This document shows positions 9,424 through 18,031 of a DNA stretch of 64,000 nucleotides, in pieces. The notes beneath the pieces were generated by a model, which did no database searches, was not told where the DNA came from, and saw only the letters and a program-made list of their open reading frames with translations. Origin of the DNA: an uncultured Candidatus Rokubacteria bacterium (GTDB lineage Bacteria > Methylomirabilota > Methylomirabilia > Rokubacteriales > DASRDR01); contig CAWGVS010000005.1 in NCBI GenBank assembly GCA_963826115.1, positions 1,312,001 through 1,376,000 on the forward strand, in the 5' to 3' direction. Numbering within the stretch: the stretch's first letter is position 1; each line of letters starts with the position of its first letter. Both the position numbers and the translations under genes were made by a program.

Positions 9424-9960
9424 ATGATCGACGGCGCCACCAAGGACGGCCAGAGCATCACGTCCGACTGGACCCCGTTCCTTCGGCTGATCGACGGCGT
9501 TCGTATCCGCGAGGTCAAGAACGTGCCGAAGGGCAACGGGGTCCTGACCGAGGTCTTCCGGACGGACTGGAGCCTCGACGAGGGCGCCGTCCAGCAGGTC
9601 TTTCAGACCACGGTCGTGCCGGGCGGGCTGTCGGCCTGGCACGCTCACCAGCACACGACGGACCGCCTGTTCGTCAGCCTGGGCATGCTCACGATCGTGC
9701 TGTTCGACGCGCGGGAGAGCTCGCCGACCCACGGGCGCGTCAACGAGCTCCGGTTCGGGGCCCAGCGACCGGCGCTGGTCGTCGTTCCTCCCGGCGTCTG
9801 GCACGGCGTCCAGAACACCGGCGACGTCCCTGCCCTGCTCCTGAACCTCGTCGACCGGGCCTACCGGTACGAGGACCCCGATCACTGGCGGCTTCCGCCG
9901 GACACGCCCAAGATCCCGTACAGCTTCCGGCGCCCCCAGCTGACCGACGGCCTCCGCTGA
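9424..9960 (+). CDS. RmlC-like cupin (dTDP-4-dehydrorhamnose 3,5-epimerase family)
   Basis: IDGV, G.LTEVFR, SAWHAH, D.RE.SPT.G, PPGVWHG; GGAGG SD upstream of ATG 9424. Confidence 0.85.
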   Translation: MIDGATKDGQSITSDWTPFLRLIDGVRIREVKNVPKGNGVLTEVFRTDWSLDEGAVQQVFQTTVVPGGLSAWHAHQHTTDRLFVSLGMLTIVLFDARESSPTHGRVNELRFGAQRPALVVVPPGVWHGVQNTGDVPALLLNLVDRAYRYEDPDHWRLPPDTPKIPYSFRRPQLTDGLR

Positions 9961-10023
9961 AGCAACGGCAGCGGCCCGTGGTCGTATCGCGGCCTCCGCG
10001 GCCATGACTCGCTGGTCCGTCGC

Positions 10024-11001
10024 ATGACGGTCGAGCTCCCGCCCACGGATCCCGCCGGCGCCTCGGGACCGCTCGCCGCCCCTCGCGTCTCGATCATCAC
10101 GGCCACCTACAACCGGAGCAACGTCCTCCGGATCGTCATCGAGACCGTCCGCCGGCAGACCGTGACGGACTGGGAGTGGATCATCGTCGGCGACGCCTGT
10201 ACCGACGACACCGCCGACGTGGTCGCGTCGTTCGCCGATTGGCGCATCCGCTTCGTCAACCTGTCGCGCGGATACGGCGAGCAGTCGGGCCCGCACAACG
10301 AGGGCTTCGCGCTCGCCCGGGCCGGCCATCTCGCCTACCTCAACCACGACGACCTGTGGCTGCCGGATCACCTCGAGGTGATGCTCGAGGCTCTCAGGGA
10401 CACGGGAGCCGACCTGGTGTTCCCGCTCGTGGAGACGATCCGCCCGGACGACCGGCCACGGCTCCTCGGCGCGAGCCCCTCCGGGCACTACATGCCGTAC
10501 GTGTACGTCCCGCCCTCGGCGTGGGTGCTCCGGCGCCAGCTCATCGAGGAGCTCGGCCCCTGGCGGTCGGCCCGGGACTGCTACGAGAACCCGTCCGAGG
10601 ACCTGCTCTTCCGCGCATGGCAGGCCGGGAAGGACATGCGGCTCGTGCCGCGTCTGACCGTCCTCACGATCCCGTCCGCGTATCGCGATCGCGCCTATGC
10701 CCGACGGGAGATCGGGGAGCACGAAGCCTACGCGCAGCGAATGCGCGCGGAGCCCGATTTCCGCGAGCGGGAATTGTCCGCCCTCGCCCTCCGCTACGGG
10801 GCCGAGCAATTCTCGGTCGCGCCCACCCTCGCGCTCACGGCCCGCAACGCGATCCGGCGCGGCCTGGTCGCCCTGGGTCTCAGGCCGATGGCGGTGCGAC
10901 GGTTCCTGCAGTACGGCCGGAAGGGCGCCATGCTGAACGACCTTCGCCGTCGACGCGGTCTGGCCCCGATCGACTGGGCGAAGAGGGACGGAGGCGGCTG
11001 A
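10024..11001 (+). CDS. Glycosyltransferase family 2
   Basis: VSIITATYNR, IVGDACTDDT, AYLNHDDLW.PDHL, EDL motifs. Confidence 0.9.
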   Translation: MTVELPPTDPAGASGPLAAPRVSIITATYNRSNVLRIVIETVRRQTVTDWEWIIVGDACTDDTADVVASFADWRIRFVNLSRGYGEQSGPHNEGFALARAGHLAYLNHDDLWLPDHLEVMLEALRDTGADLVFPLVETIRPDDRPRLLGASPSGHYMPYVYVPPSAWVLRRQLIEELGPWRSARDCYENPSEDLLFRAWQAGKDMRLVPRLTVLTIPSAYRDRAYARREIGEHEAYAQRMRAEPDFRERELSALALRYGAEQFSVAPTLALTARNAIRRGLVALGLRPMAVRRFLQYGRKGAMLNDLRRRRGLAPIDWAKRDGGG

Positions 11002-11027
11002 CCCCCGGCGGCGCGGCGGCTCGCCGG

Positions 11028-11828
11028 TCAGGCCAGCTTGCCGACGAGGGACGCGTATTCCGTCGTCCGGAGAGCCTGGCGGATCTCGTCGAGGTTCGCC
11101 ACGAGATCCGCGAGCCGATCCGTGCCCGTCCGGAGGTACTCCGTCCTCACCGGCACCGGCGGGACGCCCAGGTACTCGAAGGCACGGTCGAGGGTCGTCT
11201 GGAAGCTCTCCCGCCGGAGGAGATCGTCCTCGTACCAGAGAGCCAGGTGCGGGAGGCCCATCAGGGCGGCCCGCTCCCCTTGCAGGCCCGCGTCCAGTTC
11301 CCGCATCCGTCCGATCAGCCAGGGCACGTCGATCAAGAACGGTCCGGGCCGGGGCCGGCGCCCCGCGCGAGTCTGATGTCGCGCCAGGCGCTGTTGCGCG
11401 ACAGCTGACGAGAGCGCCTGACGCAGCCGGTCGCGCCGCGCGAGGTGCACGATCCGACCTCCCCCGGCGTGGAGCCGGCCGAGGAAGGCGGCCGGGTCCG
11501 TGATCCCCTGCGTCGTCAGGTGGTGGAGCTTCAGCTTGAAGCCGAACATCGCCCGCCTCGACAGCGCGGCCCGCGCGGCGAGGAGCCGGTGAGCGCTGAG
11601 GACCCGGTGGGACAGGATCTCATCCTCGCATTCGATGTCGGGGTGCGAGTTGAGGAGGTCCATCAGCAGACTGCTCCCCGTGCGACCGGAGGCGAAGATC
11701 ACGAATCCGACCGAGGCCCCCCGGCCCGGCCGACGCCACGCCCGTCCATAGGCCGAGAGCTCGCGGGCCACGCTCCGGACCGTGATCAGCGGCCGGTAGT
11801 ATCGCAAGCGATAGCGAAGGTCGCCCAT
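11028..11828 (-). CDS. PAPS-dependent sulfotransferase (Stf0-like)
   Basis: FASGRTGSSLLMDLLNSHP 5'-PSB loop, GFK, LARRDRLRQALS 3'-PB motif, YEDDL; start may be 11828 or 11882. Confidence 0.8.
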   Translation of the reverse strand: MGDLRYRLRYYRPLITVRSVARELSAYGRAWRRPGRGASVGFVIFASGRTGSSLLMDLLNSHPDIECEDEILSHRVLSAHRLLAARAALSRRAMFGFKLKLHHLTTQGITDPAAFLGRLHAGGGRIVHLARRDRLRQALSSAVAQQRLARHQTRAGRRPRPGPFLIDVPWLIGRMRELDAGLQGERAALMGLPHLALWYEDDLLRRESFQTTLDRAFEYLGVPPVPVRTEYLRTGTDRLADLVANLDEIRQALRTTEYASLVGKLA

Positions 11829-11949
11829 CTGGCCCGGGAAGGTTAGCGCGCGCGGCGACGGCCGGACAAGGGGTCTTCGCATGTGGGCCGCTCCTCCGCG
11901 AGGCGACCGGTCTTGACAGGCGTCGAGGCCGCGCTCACGGTAGTCGACG

Positions 11950-14313
11950 GTGACCGACGATCTCGCCCCGCCGGCCTCCCGGCCCCTTCACCGTCGCGAC
12001 CTTGCGACCGCGCTCCCCGATCTCACGAGCCGCCTGACGCTCCGCGGCCTCGAGAGGCCGGTCGACGTGTGGCGGGACCCCGAGGGCGTCCCCCACGCGC
12101 GGGCCGGCTCCGTCCACGACGCCTTCTTCGCCCAGGGATTCGTCCACGCGCAGGACCGGCTCTGGCACATGGAGTACGACCGTCGGCGGGCGAGCGGTCG
12201 CTGGGCCGAGCTCGCCGGGCCGGCCGCGGTGCCGCAGGACGCCCTCGCCCGAAGGCTCGGCCTCGACCGGAGCGCGCGCGTCGACTACGAGGGCGCGTCG
12301 GCCGAGACCCGCGCGATGCTCGACGCGTTCGCGGCCGGCGTCAACGCCTTCCTCGACACGACCCGCGCCTGGCCCGTGGAGTTCCAGCTCCTCGGCGCGC
12401 GGCCGGAGCGCTGGGCGCCGTGGGACAGCCTCGCCGTCTTCAAGATCCGCCACGTCGAGATGGGGCCCTGGCAGCTGAAGATCTGGCGCGCGCGCCTCGC
12501 CCGCCAGCTGGGGCCGCGCCTGGCGGCCCACCTGTCGCCGGGTCCCGCATCGAACCCCATGCTGATCCTGCCACCCGGCGCCGAGCACGAGGGGCCGGCC
12601 CCGAGCCTCCTCGACGCGCTCCGCGGGAGCGACGTCGTCCTTTCTTCCCTGCCCGCGTGGCTCGGCGGGAGCAACAACTGGGCCCTCGCCGGTAGCCGGA
12701 CGGCGTCGGGACGCCCGCTCCTGGCGGGCGACCCGCACCGCCCCCTCGATACGCCGAACTGCTACTACCAGAACCACATCGCCTGCCCGGACTTCGATGC
12801 CATCGGGCTCTCGTTCCCGGGCGTCCCGGGAATGTCCCATTTCGGCCACAATCGCCACGTCGCGTGGTGCGTCACCCACGCGATGGCGGACTACCAAGAT
12901 GTCTTCGTCGAGCGCTTCGACCCGACCGATCCAACCCGGTACGAGTTCCGCGGCGAGTGGCGACAGGCCGAGGTGCGGCGCGAGACAATTCGGGTCCGCG
13001 GCGGCCGCCCCGTCGACGTCCAGGTCACCGTCACGCACCACGGGCCGGTCGTCCTCGGCGAGCCCGTGAAGGGCCACGCCCTGTCGCTCCGGTACACGGC
13101 GACGGCGGAGCTGAACCGGACCTTCGACGCCCTCGTCCCGATGCTCCGCGCCACCTCGGCTGCGGAGCTCGAGGAAGCGATGCGGCCGTGGGTCGAGCCG
13201 GGCAACAACCTGGTCTTCGCGGACGTCCACGGGACGATCGGGTACCGGGACCGCGGCCGCCTGCCGGTGCGGGCGCGCGAGAACGGCTGGCTCCCGGTGG
13301 CGGGCTGGGACGGCGCTCACGAGTGGACCGGCACGATCCCTTTCGAGGAGATGCCGGCGTTCCGCGATCCGGCATCGGGCTGGATCGCCACCGCGAACGC
13401 CCGCATCGTCGGCGCCGACTATCCCCACTACCTCGGGCTCGACTACGCGCCGGACTTCCGGACCCGTCGGATCGTCGCGCGACTCCGTGACCTCCGCGGC
13501 GCGACAGCCGCCGACATGGCGGCCATCCATGCGGACCGCGCCTCCATTCCCGCCCGCCGCCTCGTCGAGCTCCTGGCGCGGATCGACGCCCTCGACGCCG
13601 GCTCGCGCGCGGCGCTCGAGACGCTGCGCGGCTGGGACGGGACGATGGACGCCGACAGCGCCGCCCCGACGATCTACGCGGCGTTCCGGGTGCGTCTCCT
13701 CCAGGACGTCCTGCGACCGGTCCTCGGGTCGCTGGCGGCCGACGCCTTCGCACGCGCGCCGGGCGCCGGCGTCGCGCACGTGGCCCGGCTCCGCGGCCGG
13801 CTGGCCGAGTGGATCCGCGCGGACGACCGGACGCTCCTCCAGCCCGGCGACGACTGGGGCAGCGCGATGGCGCGGGCCCTCGCGGGCGCGGTGACGACGC
13901 TACGGGAGACCCTCGGCCCGGACCCGGCAGGCTGGACGTGGGGGCGTGTCCACGTCGCGCGCCCGGTCCACCCGCTCTCGCCGGCCTTCCCGGACGCCGC
14001 GACGATCCTCGATCCGCCGCCCGCGCCGGCCGGCGGCGACGGGGACACCGTGCAGGCCGCGGATTTCGTTCCCGCGTCGGGCTTCGACCTCTCCCTCACG
14101 TCGGTCGCGCGCTACGTGTTCGACCTGGGTGACTGGGAGCGGAGCGCGTGGATCGTGCCGCTCGGCGCGTCGGGACACCCGGGTAGCGCGCACTACGCGG
14201 ACCAGACGGCCGACTGGGCCGCGGTGCGGCTCCGGCCGATGCGGTACGACTGGGCCCGCGTCTCGGCCGAGGCCGAGAGCCGCCAGCGGCTCGAGCCGGC
14301 CGCGGATCGCTAG
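11950..14313 (+). CDS. Penicillin acylase / Ntn-hydrolase family amidase
   Basis: RD..GVPH, AQGFVHAQDRLW.M, GSNNW nucleophile Ser, GDPH, GASGHPGS.HY.DQ; no signal peptide seen. Confidence 0.92.
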   Translation: MTDDLAPPASRPLHRRDLATALPDLTSRLTLRGLERPVDVWRDPEGVPHARAGSVHDAFFAQGFVHAQDRLWHMEYDRRRASGRWAELAGPAAVPQDALARRLGLDRSARVDYEGASAETRAMLDAFAAGVNAFLDTTRAWPVEFQLLGARPERWAPWDSLAVFKIRHVEMGPWQLKIWRARLARQLGPRLAAHLSPGPASNPMLILPPGAEHEGPAPSLLDALRGSDVVLSSLPAWLGGSNNWALAGSRTASGRPLLAGDPHRPLDTPNCYYQNHIACPDFDAIGLSFPGVPGMSHFGHNRHVAWCVTHAMADYQDVFVERFDPTDPTRYEFRGEWRQAEVRRETIRVRGGRPVDVQVTVTHHGPVVLGEPVKGHALSLRYTATAELNRTFDALVPMLRATSAAELEEAMRPWVEPGNNLVFADVHGTIGYRDRGRLPVRARENGWLPVAGWDGAHEWTGTIPFEEMPAFRDPASGWIATANARIVGADYPHYLGLDYAPDFRTRRIVARLRDLRGATAADMAAIHADRASIPARRLVELLARIDALDAGSRAALETLRGWDGTMDADSAAPTIYAAFRVRLLQDVLRPVLGSLAADAFARAPGAGVAHVARLRGRLAEWIRADDRTLLQPGDDWGSAMARALAGAVTTLRETLGPDPAGWTWGRVHVARPVHPLSPAFPDAATILDPPPAPAGGDGDTVQAADFVPASGFDLSLTSVARYVFDLGDWERSAWIVPLGASGHPGSAHYADQTADWAAVRLRPMRYDWARVSAEAESRQRLEPAADR

Positions 14314-14328
14314 GCTAGTCGCCCGGCC

Positions 14329-15252
14329 TCAGCCCCGGATTCCGGGCATGTCGAACCCGCGCGCCGCGAGGCCGGCGACGAGCTCCGCCTCCTGGCTCGC
14401 GGTCAGCTCGACGAGCGGCGGCCGCACGGTCCGCCAGCCCGGGTCTCCCTGGAAGTGGGCGATCGTCGCCTTCAGCGCGGGAATCATGGGCAGCCGCTGG
14501 AGCACGGCCCGGGTGGCCGCGATCTCCGCTTGCTGATGGTCGGCGTCGGCGGACTGCCACGTGCGGTACAGGTGGTCGATGGGCCCGGGATTGACGTTGC
14601 CCGTGGCCGTGATGCAGCCCACGCCCCCGTGGCGCATGTTCTGGAGGAGGAAGACCTCGCTCCCCGCGAACACGTCGAAGCCGGTGCCCCGGAACGCATC
14701 CAGCATGGCCTTCGTGTTGCTCCAGTCGCCCGAGGAGTCCTTGACCCCTGCCACGGTCCCCGGATACGCCGCGAGCAGCCGCTCGATCAGCCCGAGGCTG
14801 ATCGGCACCTGGGCGACCGGAGGGATGTGGTAGAGGTACAGGCGGAGCCGCGAGTCCGCGACCCGCTCGATCACCTCCGCGAACGCCCGGAAGAGCCCCT
14901 CGTCGGACACGCCCTTGTAGTAGAACGGGGGCAGCATCAGCGCCCCCCCGCACCCGAGCTTCACCGCGTGGCCGGTGAGCCGCACCGAGTCGGTGAGCGC
15001 GCAGCAGCCCGTGCCCGGCATGAGGGACTCGGCCGGCACGCCCCCCGAGACGAGCGCCTCCAGGAGCTCCATGCGCTCCTCGACGGACAGGGAGTTCGCC
15101 TCGCTGTTGGTGCCGAACACCGCGAGGCCACGGCACCCGTGCCCGAGGAGCCACCGGCAGTGGCGCACGAAGCGCCCGGCATCGGGCGCCAGACGGGGCG
15201 TGAAGGGGGTCACCACCGGGGACAGCACCCCGGACAGTCGAGTCGTCGTCAT
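14329..15252 (-). CDS. Dihydrodipicolinate synthase (DapA/NAL) family lyase
   Basis: VTPF, FGTNSE, LPPFYYK, LYHIP, GVKDSSG Schiff-base Lys. Confidence 0.9.
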   Translation of the reverse strand: MTTTRLSGVLSPVVTPFTPRLAPDAGRFVRHCRWLLGHGCRGLAVFGTNSEANSLSVEERMELLEALVSGGVPAESLMPGTGCCALTDSVRLTGHAVKLGCGGALMLPPFYYKGVSDEGLFRAFAEVIERVADSRLRLYLYHIPPVAQVPISLGLIERLLAAYPGTVAGVKDSSGDWSNTKAMLDAFRGTGFDVFAGSEVFLLQNMRHGGVGCITATGNVNPGPIDHLYRTWQSADADHQQAEIAATRAVLQRLPMIPALKATIAHFQGDPGWRTVRPPLVELTASQEAELVAGLAARGFDMPGIRG

Positions 15253-15451
15253 CGCCATCTCCCCTGGGTCCTGCGCGTCGTGGACGTGTCGAGCGGGCTC
15301 GATCGCAGATGATACACCGGGCGCCCCGCGGCCGCCGTCCTCGCCGTAACCTTGACCCTCCGAGAGGGGCGGGTGTACGGTCGGGTCCGATGAAACGCTC
15401 GCATTCGTGCGCGCGACGTCGCGCCTTATCCGCCGACCGGAGCCCGCGCGG

Positions 15452-16648
15452 ATGATCGCCGGCGCCCGGGCCGTCCTCCTCATCGCGGCGCTCGCGCACG
15501 TGCTCCACGATGGCTTCTCGGACGTGCTCTACGTGCTCTTGCCGCTCTGGGCGGCCGACTTCCACCTCACGCTCACGGGCGTCGGCATCCTCAAGGCCGT
15601 TTACACCGCGGGGATGGCGCTCTCCCAGATCCCCGCGGGGATCCTCGCCGAGCGACTGGGCGAGCGCCGGCTCCTGGTGGTGGGCACCGCGGTGACGGCG
15701 CTCGGCTACCTCGCGGTCGCCATGGCCGGTCGTGGAATGCTGTCCCTCGCGGCCTTCCTCCTGGTCGGCGGCCTCGGCTCGGGAGTTCAGCACCCGCTCG
15801 CCTCCTCCCTCGTGTCGCGGGCCTACGAGACCGGACCCCGGCGGGCCGCGCTCGGGACCTACAACTTCGCGGGGGACATCGGAAAGATCGCGGTGCCGGC
15901 CGCCGTCGCCCTCACGGCCAGCCTGATCGGCTGGCACACCGCGAGCGGTGTGTACGCGGTCCTCGGCCTCGTCGGGGCCGTGTTCATCGCGCTGGCGCTC
16001 CGGCACGTCGGAGCCGGCGGGGCCGACGCGGCGGCCCGCGAGGTCGCCGCGAGCGCCGGCGGCTGGGGCATCCGGGACTTGCGCGGGTTCCAGGCCCTGT
16101 CCGCGGTCGGGATGATCGACACCGCGACCCGGACTGCCCTCCTCACGTTCCTGCCGTTCCTCCTCCTGGGGAAAGGGCTCTCCATCGCCGGGATGGGGCT
16201 GGCGCTCGCCGTGCTCTTCGCGGGCGGCGCCGCGGGCAAGTTCGTCTGCGGCCTGGTCGCGGAGCGGGTTGGGCTCGTTCGGACCGTCATCCTCACGGAG
16301 ATCGCCACCGCGTGCGGGATCGCGGCAGTCGCGCTCGGTCCCCTGACCCTCGCCCTCGCGGTGCTGCTCCCGCTCGGCATCGCGCTCAACGGAACGTCGT
16401 CCGCGCTCTACGCCACGGTGGCCGACCTCGTCCTCCCGGAGCGCCGGGCCCGCGCCTACGGGCTCTACTACACGCTGGTCGTCGCGGCGTCGGCGGCCGC
16501 CCCGCTCGTCTACGGCGCCCTCGGCGACGCCGTAGGCGTCCTCGCCACCTTGCTCGTCACCTCGGCGGTCGTGCTCCTGACGGTGCCGCTCTGCCTCGTG
16601 CTCCGCGGCGCCCTGGCGCCCGCGGCCGAGGCGCGTCTCGCAGCGTGA
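15452..16648 (+). CDS. MFS transporter (FsR-like)
   Basis: About 12 TM helices; G.LAERLGERR motif A; QHP. Confidence 0.88.
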   Translation: MIAGARAVLLIAALAHVLHDGFSDVLYVLLPLWAADFHLTLTGVGILKAVYTAGMALSQIPAGILAERLGERRLLVVGTAVTALGYLAVAMAGRGMLSLAAFLLVGGLGSGVQHPLASSLVSRAYETGPRRAALGTYNFAGDIGKIAVPAAVALTASLIGWHTASGVYAVLGLVGAVFIALALRHVGAGGADAAAREVAASAGGWGIRDLRGFQALSAVGMIDTATRTALLTFLPFLLLGKGLSIAGMGLALAVLFAGGAAGKFVCGLVAERVGLVRTVILTEIATACGIAAVALGPLTLALAVLLPLGIALNGTSSALYATVADLVLPERRARAYGLYYTLVVAASAAAPLVYGALGDAVGVLATLLVTSAVVLLTVPLCLVLRGALAPAAEARLAA

Positions 16649-17076
16649 GCGCGGGGCTCGGCCTTGCGCTCCTGCGCGTGACCCTCGGCGCGATCTTCGT
16701 GATGCACGGCTACCTCGGCCTCGCGGTCATCGGCCCGGCGGGCGTCGGGGCGTACACGACCCGCATGGGCTACCCCGCCGGGCTCGGCACCGCGCTCGGC
16801 TGGTACATGATCCTCGCCCACTCGATCGGCGGGATCCTCCTCCTGCTCGGCCTCGTCACGCGCTGGGCGGCGCTCGCCCAGGTGCCGATCATGGCCTCCG
16901 CGTTCTTCCTCTACCACCTCCGGCAGGGCTTCTTCCTGACCGGCCTCGTGGTGGACCCGACCCGGGGCATCGCGATCGCCGCCGGGTACGAGTACACGCT
17001 GCTCGTCCTCGCCGCCACGGTGACCCTCGTCCTCGCCGGCGGCGGCGCGCTCGCGCTCGACCGGCGCGCCCGCTGA
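16645..17076 (+). CDS. DoxX-family membrane protein
   Basis: LLRVTLG.IF..HG, LG..TR.AA, GYEY.L, G.GALALD; GTGA overlap with MFS stop. Confidence 0.85.
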   Translation: MSAGLGLALLRVTLGAIFVMHGYLGLAVIGPAGVGAYTTRMGYPAGLGTALGWYMILAHSIGGILLLLGLVTRWAALAQVPIMASAFFLYHLRQGFFLTGLVVDPTRGIAIAAGYEYTLLVLAATVTLVLAGGGALALDRRAR

Positions 17077-17098
17077 GCGTCCGTCCGGACCGGCCCCG

Positions 17099-18031
17099 TT
17101 GACGCGCGGCTCCGCCTCCGGCCGGCTGGGATTTCTCTTCATCGCGTTGTCCGCCGTGCTCTTCGGCTCGCTGGGCGTCGCCACGAAGGCGATCTTCCAG
17201 CTCGCGAACACCAACGCGCTGTCCGTCACGCTGCTGCGCGCGGCCATCGCGCTCCCGGCGCTCGCGGCGATGTGCGTCCTGATCGAGGGCAGGCGGACGT
17301 TCCGGATCGCCCCCGGGGACCTCGGCCTCATGGCCGTCGCCGGGCTGATGATGGCCCTCTACCAGACCGCGTTCGCCGTGGCGATCACCCACGCGAGCGT
17401 CACCCTGGTCACCCTGGTGACCGTGTGCTCCGTGCCGGTCTGCGCCGCCGTCATGTCCACCGCGCTGCTGGGAGAGCGCGCGCCGCCCAGCGTCCTCGTG
17501 GCGCTCGGACTTGCGATCGCGGGCGTGGGCCTCCTGGTGGGCGTCGACACGCTGAGCGGCACCGGCGCGGCGTCGTGGCTCGGGGTCGCGTTCGGGCTCC
17601 TGTCGGCGCTCTGCTACAGCCTGTTCCAGATCTGCGGGCGCGTCCTAGCGAACCGGTATCATCCCCTCCAGACGCTTTCCGTCTTCCTCCTCGTCGCCGT
17701 TCTCGCTCTCCTCCCCGTGACCGCGATCAACGGGCTCGTGCTCGCGTACCCTCCGGTGGCCTGGATGCTGTTCGCCTACCTCGGGCTGGGCGTGTCGGTC
17801 CTGGGCTACGTCTTCCTGGTCCTGGGGCTCCGCACGATGCCGGTCACGAAGGCGACGATCGTCTCGCTCATCGAGCCGCTGACGGGCGTGACGCTGGCCT
17901 GGGTGCTCTTCGGTGAACGCCTGGGGCTGTCGGGATTCCTCGGCGCCGCGCTGCTGCTCGTGGCGATGGGGATCATCTTCCGGGGAGCCGCGGCGCGCGC
18001 GCCGCGATCGGAACGGGTCGGGACGGGCTAG
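17099..18031 (+). CDS. EamA/DMT-family transporter
   Basis: About 10 TM helices; duplicated EamA halves with LLGE and LIEPL...LFGE. Confidence 0.88.
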   Translation: MTRGSASGRLGFLFIALSAVLFGSLGVATKAIFQLANTNALSVTLLRAAIALPALAAMCVLIEGRRTFRIAPGDLGLMAVAGLMMALYQTAFAVAITHASVTLVTLVTVCSVPVCAAVMSTALLGERAPPSVLVALGLAIAGVGLLVGVDTLSGTGAASWLGVAFGLLSALCYSLFQICGRVLANRYHPLQTLSVFLLVAVLALLPVTAINGLVLAYPPVAWMLFAYLGLGVSVLGYVFLVLGLRTMPVTKATIVSLIEPLTGVTLAWVLFGERLGLSGFLGAALLLVAMGIIFRGAAARAPRSERVGTG

